From contig OZ336881.1 of NCBI GenBank assembly GCA_965287045.1, positions 64,666,001 to 64,730,000 on the forward strand: a stretch of 64,000 bases of DNA, in the 5' to 3' direction. This DNA is from Carcharhinus amblyrhynchos. Its lineage: Eukaryota. The notes under the pieces were generated by a model. The model searched no databases. It saw only the letters and a program-made list of their open reading frames with translations, and was not told the origin of the DNA. Made by a program: the position numbers and the translations under genes. Of this stretch, positions 36,981 through 48,811 are shown one piece after another (positions within the stretch are counted from its first letter, which is position 1; each line of letters begins with the position of its first letter).

Positions 36981-37106
36981 TGGCTGGAACTCTACCACCT
37001 TGCTTGCCATGGAATTGGAGCGGGTGAGGGTCCGACAATGGAAATCTCCATTGACCGTGGGCGGAAATTTCCAGTCTTGCCTGAGCAAGGCCCTAAAATC
37101 CTGCCC
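36981..37106. mobile_element. Harbinger-type MITE
   Basis: Ends TAAAATCCTGCCC. Body matches 15784-15912 and 62119-62244. Confidence 0.75.
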
Positions 37107-37689
37107 TTTAAAGTTGACATCCTGTTGAAGGGCAGAAGGAAGTTTCTCCAGTCCCCAAAAAAATAATCTGCACTGCTTCTGCCCTGGGGTCTGCTCATTC
37201 ACAATCTCCCAACTCCTGCACTGCACTTACCTGGACAGTGGCTGAGGAAACCTGGTGTTAACCAGCCTTAATACGAGCTGTACTCGGTTTCTATTTGTCG
37301 CTCTGCAGTTTACGATTCTGATGCAAGTGAGGCTGGTGCCTCAGGATTCTGGCTATCTCTTTGCTGTTAGTATGGGCAACAGCTGGTTGGTTTTCCAAAA
37401 GTCAAAATCGACCCACGGATGATAAAGCAAGATTGAAAGTAACACAGCATAGCAAAACAAGAAAAAGAGAGAATTAAACTGAGACTGCAAGTAAAAGTAA
37501 TGGAGACACGAAGGCAAATTGGGGAAACTAGTTCCACTCATACAAATAGGACTCAATTTTAACTGGCACAAATGAATGGGCTTGAAATGAGTTTTGAGGC
37601 CCTGTGATGCTTAAGTAATTCATAACATTATAGCTATAACATTGCTCGGATCTCAGGAGTTACTGTCATTCTCTTTCATTTCTTTCCAA

Positions 37690-38180
37690 CATATGAACAT
37701 ACAAATTCAGAACCAAGTAGGCCATTCAGCCCTCCAAGCCGCCTCCTATTCAATAAAATTGTAACCTCAACTCAATATTTCTGCCGGTCCTTGTTAACCT
37801 TTCACCCTCTTGCTTCTGAAGAATTTATCTACCCCACCTTAAAAATATTCAAAGAGTCTGGGCAGGATTTTACAGCCTCACTCAAGCGAAACCAGATATT
37901 CCCGCCTGATGTCAACAGACATTTCTGCTGTCCTCGTTGATTCCGTGGCGGGTGGGGCAGTAGAATTTCAGCGTCTGTCTTCTTCCACCACCTTTTGAGA
38001 AAGAGCATTTCAAACATTCAAAATCCTCAGAGAAAAAAATTCTCCTAATCTCCGTCTTAAACGGGCAACTCCTTATTTCTAGTTCTAGATTATCACACAG
38101 AAGAAAACATCCTCTCCACATCCACCCTGTCAAGACACCTCAGTATCTTAAGTTTAAATCAAGTCATCACTTACTCTTCA
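37690..38180 (-). mobile_element. Old CR1 3' fragment containing a MITE (37860-37972)
   Basis: CR1 3' end GTAGGCCATTCAGCCC; MITE begins GGGCAGGATTTTAC. Confidence 0.7.
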
Positions 38181-38477
38181 GATTAAGTCAGATTACCTTG
38201 ATAAAACTCTCACATCCTCTTTTTTTCAGACTAAATGCTTAACTTAGATCTTCCTTAGTCTTCAAGATCCCCAAATCCTATTGGTGGTGTGATTAGTGTC
38301 ACGCAAGATTAGCTTCTGATCAATAAAAACTAACTTGAACAAATTGAAGACATAGGTTTCATTGTGTACAACCAATGCAGTAAAACACATCGATTTCTGC
38401 GTACACAGCAACAAAATACAGGAAATACAAAAAGAAGTCTCTGAAAAATGTATGGATAAAAGAATTTGTCCAATTGT

Positions 38478-38612
38478 GGCTAGAATTCTCTAGCCGCTCA
38501 CGCCCCATTGCTGCTGCAAGCGAGGACAAAGAATCTGGCACTCAGCCAAATATCCATTCACTACAGTGGGACCAGAGAATCCTGCTGGTGAGAACGGCCG
38601 GAAAGTCTCTCC
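38478..38612. mobile_element. Harbinger-type MITE (second subfamily)
   Basis: GGCTAGAATTCTC start; internal similarity to 19030-19132. Confidence 0.6.
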
Positions 38613-39008
38613 CAATGTGTTTTGATGGTTAGGGAACATGGTAGTGTAACTGTAATACATGGGCTGAAGATTTGAACTCCAGGGCAAGAATTTAGGTTTG
38701 TACTCTAACTTGACAATCCACTGTACTGTATCATTCATTTGGATGATCCTTCAGTTGAGATACTTTTACATAACATTTCTACATTACATCGACTATAGTT
38801 CAGAAGTACCTAATTGTCTGTAAAGCACTTTGGGATTTCCAGAGGTAATGAAAAGCAATTCTTTTTTAAAAATGAAAATTCCATCTGGTTCAGATGAATG
38901 TTGAAAACACAATAACATATTTTGAAAAAGAGAGTTTCCTTATTCACTTGGCCACTATTCCTCGCCCAACCAACACCACAAAGAACAGAATAAATTCTTA
39001 TTCTTCAT

Positions 39009-39652
39009 GTTTCTAGGTGTCCAGATCACCAAAAACCTGTCCTGGTCCCTTTACACTAAAGCAATAGCTAAGAAAGCCCACCAGCCCCTCTACTTTCTCA
39101 GAAGGCTAAGGAAATTTGGCAGGTCTGCTACAACTCTCACCAATTTCTACTGACGCACCATAGAAAGAAAGCTTACTTTCCGGATGTGTTACAGTTTGTT
39201 ATGGCTACTGCTCTGACCAAGACTGCAAGAACCTACAAAGGGTTGTGAACGTAGCCCGGTCCAAGATGCAAACCAGCCTCCCGTCCATTAACTCTGTCTA
39301 TACTTCTCACTGCCTCGGAAAAGCAGCCAGCTTAATCAAGAACCTCACATATCCCAGATGTCCTCTCTTCCACCTTCTTCAGTCGGGCAAAAGATAGCTC
39401 AGCGAACAGGTACCAACCAACTCAAAAACATCTTCTCCCCTGCTGCCATCAAACTTCTGAATGGACCTACCATATTTAAGCTGACCTTTCTCAACACTCT
39501 ATCTCTGACTGATACACTATATTCTGCACCCTCTCCTTTCCTTCTCCCCTATGTACTCTCTGAATGGTATGTTTTGTCTGGATAGCATGCAATAAACAAT
39601 ATTTTTCATTGTATCCCAAGACATGTGACAATAATAAATCGAATCAAATCAA
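39009..39652 (+). mobile_element. Rex1/Babar-like LINE 3' fragment
   Basis: Translates 'FLGVQITKNLSWSLYTKAIAKKAHQPLYFLRRLRKFG' and 'KNIFSPAAIKLLN'. Tail ACATGTGACAATAATAAATC(AAATC)n. Confidence 0.85.
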
Positions 39653-41114
39653 AAATTGTTGATTATGTCTTGATTTCAGGTGTAAATTGGTGTACATTTG
39701 CCTGTAATACATTGTATGCAAAATGCTTTGAAATTTTTCTGAAAGCTATCATTAGTTTTATACATATGCAAATCTTCCCTTCTTTCAATGCATTCCAGCT
39801 CCCAGTTATGTAGACAAGACCTGGAGGCAACTCTCCTGTCCATTCTTCCAACAGCGGGTTAAAGTTCATGGCACGGTGGAAAGTGTACGCTGGGGGAAAA
39901 TGAGACTGAAAAAAGACAAAGAAGGTCATTCCAGTACAATTAAAATGGCAGCTTACAACCTGGCACAAGTAGCCCTGTGCTTGCACATTCATTAATGTGT
40001 GCTTGCCTCTGTGCCTTTTTTTTTGACAGTGACTTTCTGGATGTTACAATACTCGCTATACAGGAATTTCTGCCAAACGACATGCCACTGAATACTAATT
40101 ACGGCCATTAGTTAATGGAAGGAGAATACTCCGGTTGTCAGTCAAAGTATTATTCGCCTGAAGTGAACAATGGACTGACTGTGGTTGCTTAGTGCAGAGG
40201 GAAAAAGCTGCAAATGAGTGTTCAAGCTGCACCATAACAAAGCCCTCCTTTTGAGCAATTTAAAGCTGCAATGCTGCACTTGGTAAATACAACTTCTTGG
40301 TTCAAAATTTGTGTCAAAATAAAGAATAATGGATACATGCCAGCAATCTAATTGAGGGGTTCAGGGGTGGAATTGTTCTAACCACGGTAATGTTGCAAAT
40401 CCATTTACTGTTTATAGCGGCACGATTGTTTTGCCGCTGACCCTACTTTTAGGATAATTACTGCAGTTTCATATTTTCTGCAGTTAATTAAGCACAGCTG
40501 CAATGCATTACTGCACAACGACTAAAACACTAATTATACCAATTATTAAAGTGCGGGCTAAAATAAAGTCAACCTACAATTTTTGCATTGGGTAGTGCCA
40601 TGATCCGTTTGCCAGAAATCGCAAGTCAACATCGGGTTAAAATATCGCTTGCGTACACTGATTCTTTTAGCTACACTAATGAGTAGTAGGAATGTCTCAT
40701 CTGCGTGAAGTATTTATTTTGGCACCAGCTGCCTTACAGTAGAAAAGAGTGAAAAGGAGAAGGAGAATTTAGAAATTAGGTCATATCCTTTCAGAAGAAC
40801 ATACTGGCAAAGAAGCAAATGTTAGGCTTTGACAAAACAGTGCCTTCTATGTTGGTTTTCCCTCCATAGGCACTGGGCTTATTGACTTATGCTGTCACTT
40901 GCATTCCGAACTGGAATCACCATCTTTGTTTGCCACTATTTTCACCTGTAGCTGTCAAGTCACTGCAGCCTCAATTTCTATCTCCTTTGCTTGACATTCT
41001 GAGGAATGATTGTACAGGAATCCTGTCATATGCCATTACTCAAACAATTCCAGAAGCTCCCAAACACATTGCCAAAATGTTTCTGAATGTATCTTTGGAG
41101 AATTTGGGAAATTA

Positions 41115-42207
41115 AAAAGATGTAAGAAATAGAAGCAGGTAATACTGATCCTCAAGCCTTATTTGTCATAAACAAGATCAAGGCTGAACCTTTGCATCAG
41201 CTCTACTTTCCGACCAATTCTCATTGAATCGCTTCATGCTCAAAAACCTGTCGATCTCCATCTTGATTATACTCAACAATTGAGCATCCACAACCACAGA
41301 ACCATAGAAGGAGCCCTGTCAGCCCATCTTGACCATGCCTGCCCGAGGACACTTAGGTGCTCTTTCTACTCCCACCCTCGTGCACCTGGCCCATAGTCCT
41401 GTAGCTTACAGCACTTAAGGTGCACCTTCAGGTACTTTGTAAGAGTTGAGAGTCTCTGCCTCCACCATCCATTGACTCTGTCTACACTTTACCTTGACAA
41501 AGCAGTCAGCATACTTAAGGACCCCACACACTCCGGAATTCTCTTTTCCACCTTCTTCCGTCAGGAAAAAGATACAAAGGTCTGAGGACAGATACAAACC
41601 AACACAAGAACAACTTGTTCCCTACTGCCATCAGACTTTTGAATGGACCTACCTTGCATTAAGTTGATCTTTCTCTACACCCTAACTATAATTGTAACAC
41701 AAATCCTGCACTCTCTTGTTTCCTTCTCTATGAATGGTATGCTTTGTCTGTATAGCACGCTGAGAATCAGTACTTTTCACTGATGCTAATAGATCTGACA
41801 ATAATAAATCAAATCAAATCAAATTAACTCAAGCAGCGAATTCCATACAGTTATCACCCTTCGTGTAAAAAAGTTCTTCCGTATGTCCCCTCTACACTTC
41901 TGCTATTTATGTTGAATCTATGTCTCCTGGTTCTAGAATAGCCATGATTGAATGATGGAACTGACTTGATGGGCCAAGTGGCCTAATCCTGCTCCTATGT
42001 CTTATGGTCTTATAGAGAATTCTAAAGGTTCACAACCCATTGAACAAAGAAATTTCACCTCATCCCAATCCTAAATGACCAGTAACTTATCCTAAAACTA
42101 TGATTCCCAGTTTTTGACTCTTGGCAGAAAACGTATCCTCTCCAGCACTATTAAAAGATTATGTTTCAATGAGATTATTTCTCATTTTTCTATATGGCAG
42201 AGAATAT
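41115..42207. mobile_element. Nested cluster: old CR1 3' (-) containing CR1 3' (-, 41298-41940) containing Rex1-like 3' (+, 41459-41823)
   Basis: CR1 tail motifs resume on each side of the inner pieces. The Rex1 piece ends in (AAATC)n. Confidence 0.7.
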
Positions 42208-42264
42208 TGTTAAGACCCAGGCCAGAAACTCCAAGGTGCTTTGTGATGTTAGTATAGACGCTAA

Positions 42265-42397
42265 GGGCAGGATTTTCCAACTGTATTCACCCTAAGACCA
42301 GAAAATCCTACCTGAGGTCAACGACCTTTGCATGGTCCACCCACACCCCCCCACCCAATACAATTCCCATGGCGGGCAGAATGGGAAAATTCTGCCC
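42265..42397. mobile_element. Harbinger-type MITE with TAA target-site duplication
   Basis: TIRs GGGCAGGATTTTCC / GGAAAATTCTGCCC (13/14 match). TAA at 42262-42264 and 42398-42400. Confidence 0.92.
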
Positions 42398-42703
42398 TAA
42401 GTTTTACATTTGATTTTGGCATGTGTAAGCATAAGATGTTTCACTCCAGGTATGATTCAAGTGACCCACTAGGAAGCTTTTATCAAACAAAGTTTATTTA
42501 AGAACTCAGAATATAACAAAAAGAATTAGCATAGCTTTTACCAATTGCAAGACCTCATCATGAGACAGTATAACTCTTAACAGCTTGTTATCTCTGTTGT
42601 TCCAATGTGAAGAAATACCCCACAGATGTACACCCTTCTTCAGAATTAGCACAAAAACAAGTATGTTCCCGTGACACTGGATTTTCAGGTTTTTGAACAC
42701 TTT

Positions 42704-43152
42704 TGCCTCCCAGCGCCAGGGACCCGGGTTCAATTCCAGCCTCGGGTCACTGTCTGTGTGGAGTTTGCACTTTCTCTCCGTGTCTGCCTGGGTTTCCTCT
42801 AGGTGCTCCAATTTCCTCTCACAGTCCAGAGATGTGCAGGTTAGGTAATAAAATAATAATAATAATCATAAAATAATCATAAAATTCCTACAGTGCAGAA
42901 TCCTGTGGGGTTACGGGAATAGGGCCTACAGCCCACATATTTACCCTGCTAATCTCCCTGTCGCTAGGGTCAATTTAGCGTGGCCCATCAACCTTAACTG
43001 CACTGTGGGAGGAAACCGGAGCACCCGGAGGAAATCCATTCGTACATGGGGAAAACGTGCAAACTCCACACAGACAGTGACCCGAGGCCGGAACTGAACC
43101 CAGGTCCCTGGTGCTGTGAGGCAGTAATGCTAACCACTGTACCACTGTGCCA
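42704..43152. mobile_element. Two HE1-like SINEs tail-to-tail (42704-42846 +, ~42888-43152 -)
   Basis: Inverted HE1 bodies separated by an (AAT)-rich spacer. Confidence 0.85.
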
Positions 43153-43741
43153 CCTCACTTGATTTACATTGTTTTACTCCTAAGTTTTCCATAATCTCCT
43201 TGAATAACTTTGATGTAAAATTTGATCCTTGATCTAATTGTATTTCTGCCGGTAGTCCATATCTAGTTAAAAATTTAAATAACTTCTCCACAATCCTCTT
43301 AGCTGTAATATTGTGAAATGGAATGGCCTATGGAAATATAGTAGACACATCCATTATGGTCAATAGATATTGATTCCCACTTTTCATTTTAGGGAGGGGT
43401 CCTATGCAATCAATGTAAAAGGTTCCTCAAATGTTGGAACGGCTATTAAGGATACCGATTTTTTCCTGTTACTTAACACATATTACATGTCTGGCATAAT
43501 TCAATCACATTCTGTGCGCAGTCCAGGCCACTAAAAATGTTGTTGTATTTTAGCTTTAGTTTTCCTTACTCCCAAATGACCGCTTACTGGTACCTCGTGT
43601 GTTACCCGCAATACCTCTTTTCTATAACCCACTGATAATACCACTTGATGAACTACTGCCCATTTCTCATCTGTCTGAATATGCAAAGGTCCCCATTTCC
43701 TCATTAAGACATCATTTTTAATATAAAATTAATTTCCAAAG

Positions 43742-44057
43742 GTCAGGGAGTCTAAAACTAGACGGGAATATGTTTAAAGTGAGAGGAAAGGGCTACAAAA
43801 GTGTCCAAAGGAGCAATTTTTTCACACAGAGGGTGGGGAGTGTCTGGAACAAGCTGCCAGAGGTAGTAGTAGAGGCAGGTACAATTTTGTCTTTTAAAAA
43901 GCATTTGAACAGTTACTTGGGTAAGATGGGTATAGAGGGATATGGGCCAAACGCGGGTAATTGGGACTAGCTTTGGGGTTTAAAAAGGGTAGCATGGACA
44001 AGTTGGGCAGAAGGGTCTGTTTCCATGCTGTAATCCTCTGACTCTATGACTCTATAA
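43742..44057 (+). mobile_element. CR1 3' fragment inserted in the Gypsy element
   Basis: ORF 43770..43970 'FFTQRVGSVWNKLP'; tail CTCTGACTCTATGACTCTAT. Confidence 0.9.
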
Positions 44058-44596
44058 TAATATTCTGGTATACACTCAGATTATTTATTCCATGCATGCT
44101 TTCTGACACAACTCTTTTATTTCTAGATCTTTCTATTATAACTCTGCCAAATTTCCCGAACTAAAATTATCCATTGCATCCTCCACCTGTTCTTGTTTTG
44201 CAATCAAAAATGGTCTCTGCTCATTGAACTTCAACTTTCTTATCTTCACTCTTTGATTTCTCCTCTTGTTTTAACCTGTGACTTTATGACCTTGTAACTA
44301 CACAATCAGGAAAAAGTCCCAGGATATGCACCCTATTAACAATTTAGTTGTTGGATTTTCCATTGGCTTCTCAACCACAGAAGGCATTACTCCCACCAGT
44401 GATCCACTGTACCATTACCCAAAATAAACTGTATTCCTGGACAAGGTCATTTCCCTATTTCTCCTACTTCCACTTCACTCCTTTTCACTGGACTCTCCAA
44501 CCTCATCTTGTATAATGGAACACCACTCTTCTTACCTTGAATGCTACATATTGCCACCTTTTCTGGCAATATCCTCCTAAACCACACAACACCTAA

Positions 44597-45507
44597 GATG
44601 GAATTTTATCAGCTCACGCTGACAATTGATGGGCAGAGTGAGCTGGTAAAATCATCTGGGGACTGAGAAATCAGGACCACGCCCGAATTCTTGGTTCTTG
44701 CGATCTTACAACAGCCGGATTTCTGGCAAGGCCAGTCTCTCGCTGGAAATGGGGGGTGGGGGGGGAGACTGAATAAATTACGTTAATATATTTAAATCTT
44801 CATTTGGATGTGTTTATCAAACCCCGCGCTGAATCGTCTGGGCTTGCTTGCCTTTATGGCAAACACCTGCTTCCCATGAACTGGGAGCAGTTGTGTTGGC
44901 CTCGTGGGTAGAACAAGAGGCCATTGAGGCCCCCTGGGCTGAGGGCAAGGGGGATACCCCTTGTTTTGTGCCAACCTGGCATCTTGGCCAGGGGTGGGCC
45001 TATGATAATTATAGGGGTGGGGACTTATAGGGCAGGGCCTGCAGGGTGGTCCAAACGGAGAAGGAAGGGGGCCTCTGTGCACTTTGCGTGCAATTGGATT
45101 GGGGGTAGTTGCGAAGGCAGGGAGGTCCACTGCCACTCTGCAGCTCCGATCAGTGGGGGCAGCGGAGGGTGCGATCTGTCTGGGCAGCAGGGGGGCTGCT
45201 GGCGGGGGCTGCATTTCAGGTGGTGTGGGGCTCACGATCAGCCACGGGCCCCCGTGATTGCCAGCGAGTTAGTTTGTTCAGGCTGCCTGCAGCAGCAAGG
45301 TCCAGACAGTTGTCTCCCCCTCTGTTAGACCTCTGCTGCTGGAATTGCGCATGTGCAGAATCATAGGTCTAAACATGCACAATAACTCCCTCTGCAGTTG
45401 CTAAGTCCATAAGATTGGGAGTGAAAACTTGCCCAAAAATGGATCAGGAACTCTCCCATTTTCACACTAGTTGGACACTTAGAATCATTCTTGTAAAATT
45501 CCACCCC
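44597..45507. mobile_element. ~0.9 kb non-autonomous Harbinger-like element inserted in the Gypsy protease region
   Basis: Termini TGGAATTTTA / GTAAAATTCCACCCC; GC-rich interior with no recognisable protein. Confidence 0.7.
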
Positions 45508-46852
45508 TCGTCTCTCATCATCAAAGATTGACTTGCTCTTGTATCTCTTAAAATTTTGACTTCTCTACCTACTCTTCCTGGTACACATGAATAAACCTTA
45601 CTCACATAAGTAAATTCTTTAAAGAGATCTGGCACCTTCTTATCAATCAGCTCCTGACCAGGAGTTCTACTGCACATCACTAGCTTCAACTGGGCTTTCC
45701 TTTATCACTTTAACAAACCCCACTGGCTTATCCTGTTTATCATGTCTGCTTTCCCAGTGCTTTTCTTAAACCACCAACACTGTGATTTTGCATGGCCTAT
45801 TTTATTACAGCGAAAACAACTGAAGCTTCTTGTTTTTCTTCCATGTTCATGTGTTTCCTTTATAACCTGAGATACACTATCTTTACTGTCTCACACTCAA
45901 TCTCCTTTACCTTTCCCACCTATACATTTCTTAAACAAATGACATTTAAGGATACATAAAAAGACAGATTGAACGATGGGGAAGAAAGAAGCTAAAGTCA
46001 AATTAGAAACAGAAACAAAGAGAGGGACAGGGAGTGGGATAAGAGAGACAAACAAACACACAGAAAGAAAAATTAAGAAAAAGATTAAATTTTATAAACC
46101 TTCATGAACAATATACTTTGCAGTTTCATTGTTCAGTTTTTGGGTCTCCAAGTTTGAGTGACGTGTCAGGACCGTAAATCATGGCATTAACAGGGTACTT
46201 AAGACATAAATTGCCAGCCCAGAATGGCTCTGCTACATTAGTTTATATCAAAGGCACAAATCTAACAATGGGAAGGTTCATGGCAGAATGATAACTTTTG
46301 GTTTTGGCAAGACTGATGGTGGAGCAGTTTATATGAACCAGCAATGTGCAGCAAATCAGAGTTGATGGCATACCTCTAATTTCCCATCACTTACGAGGCA
46401 TTTTTTAAATGTGCCAATAATTGCAGGCACCATGAAGCCACCATCATTTTTCCAGCAATTTCCAGAACAATGTCCTTTTGCACCTGGGACCTTCAGTATG
46501 AATGCAGTCAGGCTTGATAGGATGAAAGTACCCTTTTCCCTATAGCCAGAATAGTTCTACTCAAAGCAAATTTGAATACTCTAAACACAGTTTCTCAGCA
46601 ATAGAGGTTCATGATATAATATTGTCCATCATAATAAAAATTGATAATCCAAGTAGCAGTCATAATAATGAATGGTGTAATAAATACCGATGCAGGAGAG
46701 TTTGCTTCAGAACCTCAGATTAAAGTTGATTATTGGATGAAGTGGAGAGATCTTTATTTTCCATCTTAACTATACCTGCCCTGCTTGGTACTGACATTGG
46801 GGTGAAGGTTTTTCTCCCCACGACACAGTCAGCACAGATTACAGCAAGGATT

Positions 46853-48075
46853 TGTTAATGGGAGATCCTAACTAATTTAGTGGAGTTTTTTGAAAAGGTA
46901 ACTAAATATATTGATGTGGTTGTACAGTTGATGTGATTTACATGGACTTCAGTAAGGCCTTTGACAAGGTCCCATATGCAAGGCTCATCCAAAAGGTTCC
47001 AGCCCATGGGATCCAAGGCAAGTTGGCAAATTGGATCCAAAATTGGCTTGTTAAGAGGAGATAAAAGGTGATGGTGAATGGTTGCTTTTGTGATTGGAAG
47101 TCTGTGACTAGCAGTGTACTACACGGTTCGATGCTGGGACTCTTGCTCTTTGTTCTATTTCAACTGTTTGGTTGTGAATGTAGAAGGGAGAATTGGTAAG
47201 TTTGCAGATGACACAAAAATTGGTGGTGTTAGGAAAGTAGCCTTAGGCTACAGACTTATATTGATTAGATTGATTATATTGATTTGGGCAGAGCAATGAC
47301 AGATGGAATTTAATCCTGATAAGTCTGAGATGATGCATTTTGAGAAGTCTAATAAGGATGAGATATACAGAATGAACAGTAGGCCCCTAGGGAGTATTGA
47401 GGAACAAAGGGACCTTGGATTACAAGTCCATAGATACCTGAAGGTGGCAGCATAGATAGATAGCATGATGAAGAACGCGTACAGAATGCTTGCCTTCATC
47501 AGCGGGGAAATAGAATATAGAAGCAGGGAAATCTTGATACAACTTTATAAAACAGTAGCCGCAGATGGAGTATTGTGTGCAATTCTGATTGCCACACTGT
47601 TGTAAGAACACGATTGTACTGGAGAAGGTGCAGAGGAAATTCAGCAAGATGTTGCGTGGGACGGAAAGTGTCAGCCATGAGGAGGGACTGGATAGGCTGG
47701 GTTTGTTTTCCCAGGAGCAGAGAAGGCTGAAGGGGAATCTGAGAAGGATATACAAAATTATGAGAGGCATGGATGGGGAAGATCATAAGAATCTTTTCCC
47801 CATGGCAGAGATATCCAAGACCAGAGGGTTTAAGGTAAGGAGTAAGTGCTTTAGAGAGGATCTGAGAAAAAGTTTTTTCATCCAGAGGGCGGTAGAAATA
47901 TGGTATGCACTGTTTGAGAGGATGGGGCGGCAGGTCCCCTTGCAGCATTTAAGAAGCATTTAAATTTCTATGGACTAAATGCTGCCAAATGGGATTTGTA
48001 TAGATTGGTATTTGATGGTTGGCATAGAAATAGTGGGCTAAAGGGCCTGTTTCTATGCTGTATGACTCTGTGACA
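46853..48075 (+). mobile_element. Degraded CR1 (RT to 3' end)
   Basis: 'LTNLVEFFEKVT', '[14 protein letters not shown]', 'LEKVQRKFSKML'; tail TGCTGTATGACTCTGTGAC. Confidence 0.9.
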
Positions 48076-48811
48076 ATATTTCCCCATACTTCATTCTAAA
48101 AAATCTGAGGAATATAAATAAATGAATAAAATCGAAGGGTTTTTATGAAATCATTGTTGTCATTGAGGGCAGATGGATCTTAAGTACACCACACAGATTG
48201 ATAATGGGTGCACACTGCGTGATCAACCTGTACTGATGGCAGGGGAAACCATGGTAACAAGGAGAAAGACTCACCATTGTCTTGCATTAATCAGACTTAT
48301 TTCCTTTTTTCATATTAGTGTTATCTCAAAAATTAACAAAACCAAATGTAACTTTAGTTTGCCACAATAAGAATAAGTCCATAAGTTAATCCACAGGAGC
48401 AAATTCAAGTAATATTCATGAACAGTGTATTTAGGAACTGTTGTGCCATCAGATTCAAGGAGCTAAAACCAGTCACAGAAATAACATTTCTGCTTTTATG
48501 TGAATTGTGTGCTACCAAAGTGTTGACTCTTGCTTCTTATCCATTCCCTGACGTGCCCTTTGTCCACCACTTTTTGTTATGCTTTAAGCTATCTAGGTTC
48601 TATGGTCTGGGGTAAATATTCTGAACGTTCAGAATATTCTGCAACTGAAGGTAAGGCTCATGGTGCCCGATATTGGGCGGGGAGACTAATTTTTTTCCAG
48701 CATCCCAGTATTTCATGAAGAGTCAGCTGGCAAAGAGTCGACATAGACTGGGCTGAGGTAGCAGTTTAGCAGTCTTTAGGTCAAAGCTGAGGTAGTGGAG
48801 GGAGAAATAAA

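Larger units (their letters stand above)
42208..45930 (-). mobile_element. Decayed Ty3/Gypsy retrotransposon of Gmr1 type (gag-PR-INT plus 3' LTR)
   Basis: Gag knuckle CFRCNKIGHAKSQC (45777-45818), protease 'ILRDTRASQSL' (~45520-45560), integrase 'IDCIGPLPKMKSGNQYLLTIMD..GLPAEIQLDQGSNFTS' (~43155-43460), LTR at 42208-~42700. Confidence 0.85.

Noticed and set aside
40416-40438. 7-bp hairpin AGCGGCA..TGCCGCT as a structured RNA
   Set aside because: Too short, and lies in what looks like an old DNA-transposon arm starting ~40364.
44792-45366. Pro/Gly-rich ORFs of 134-147 aa
   Set aside because: They lie in the GC-rich interior of a non-autonomous TIR element and show no domain signature.
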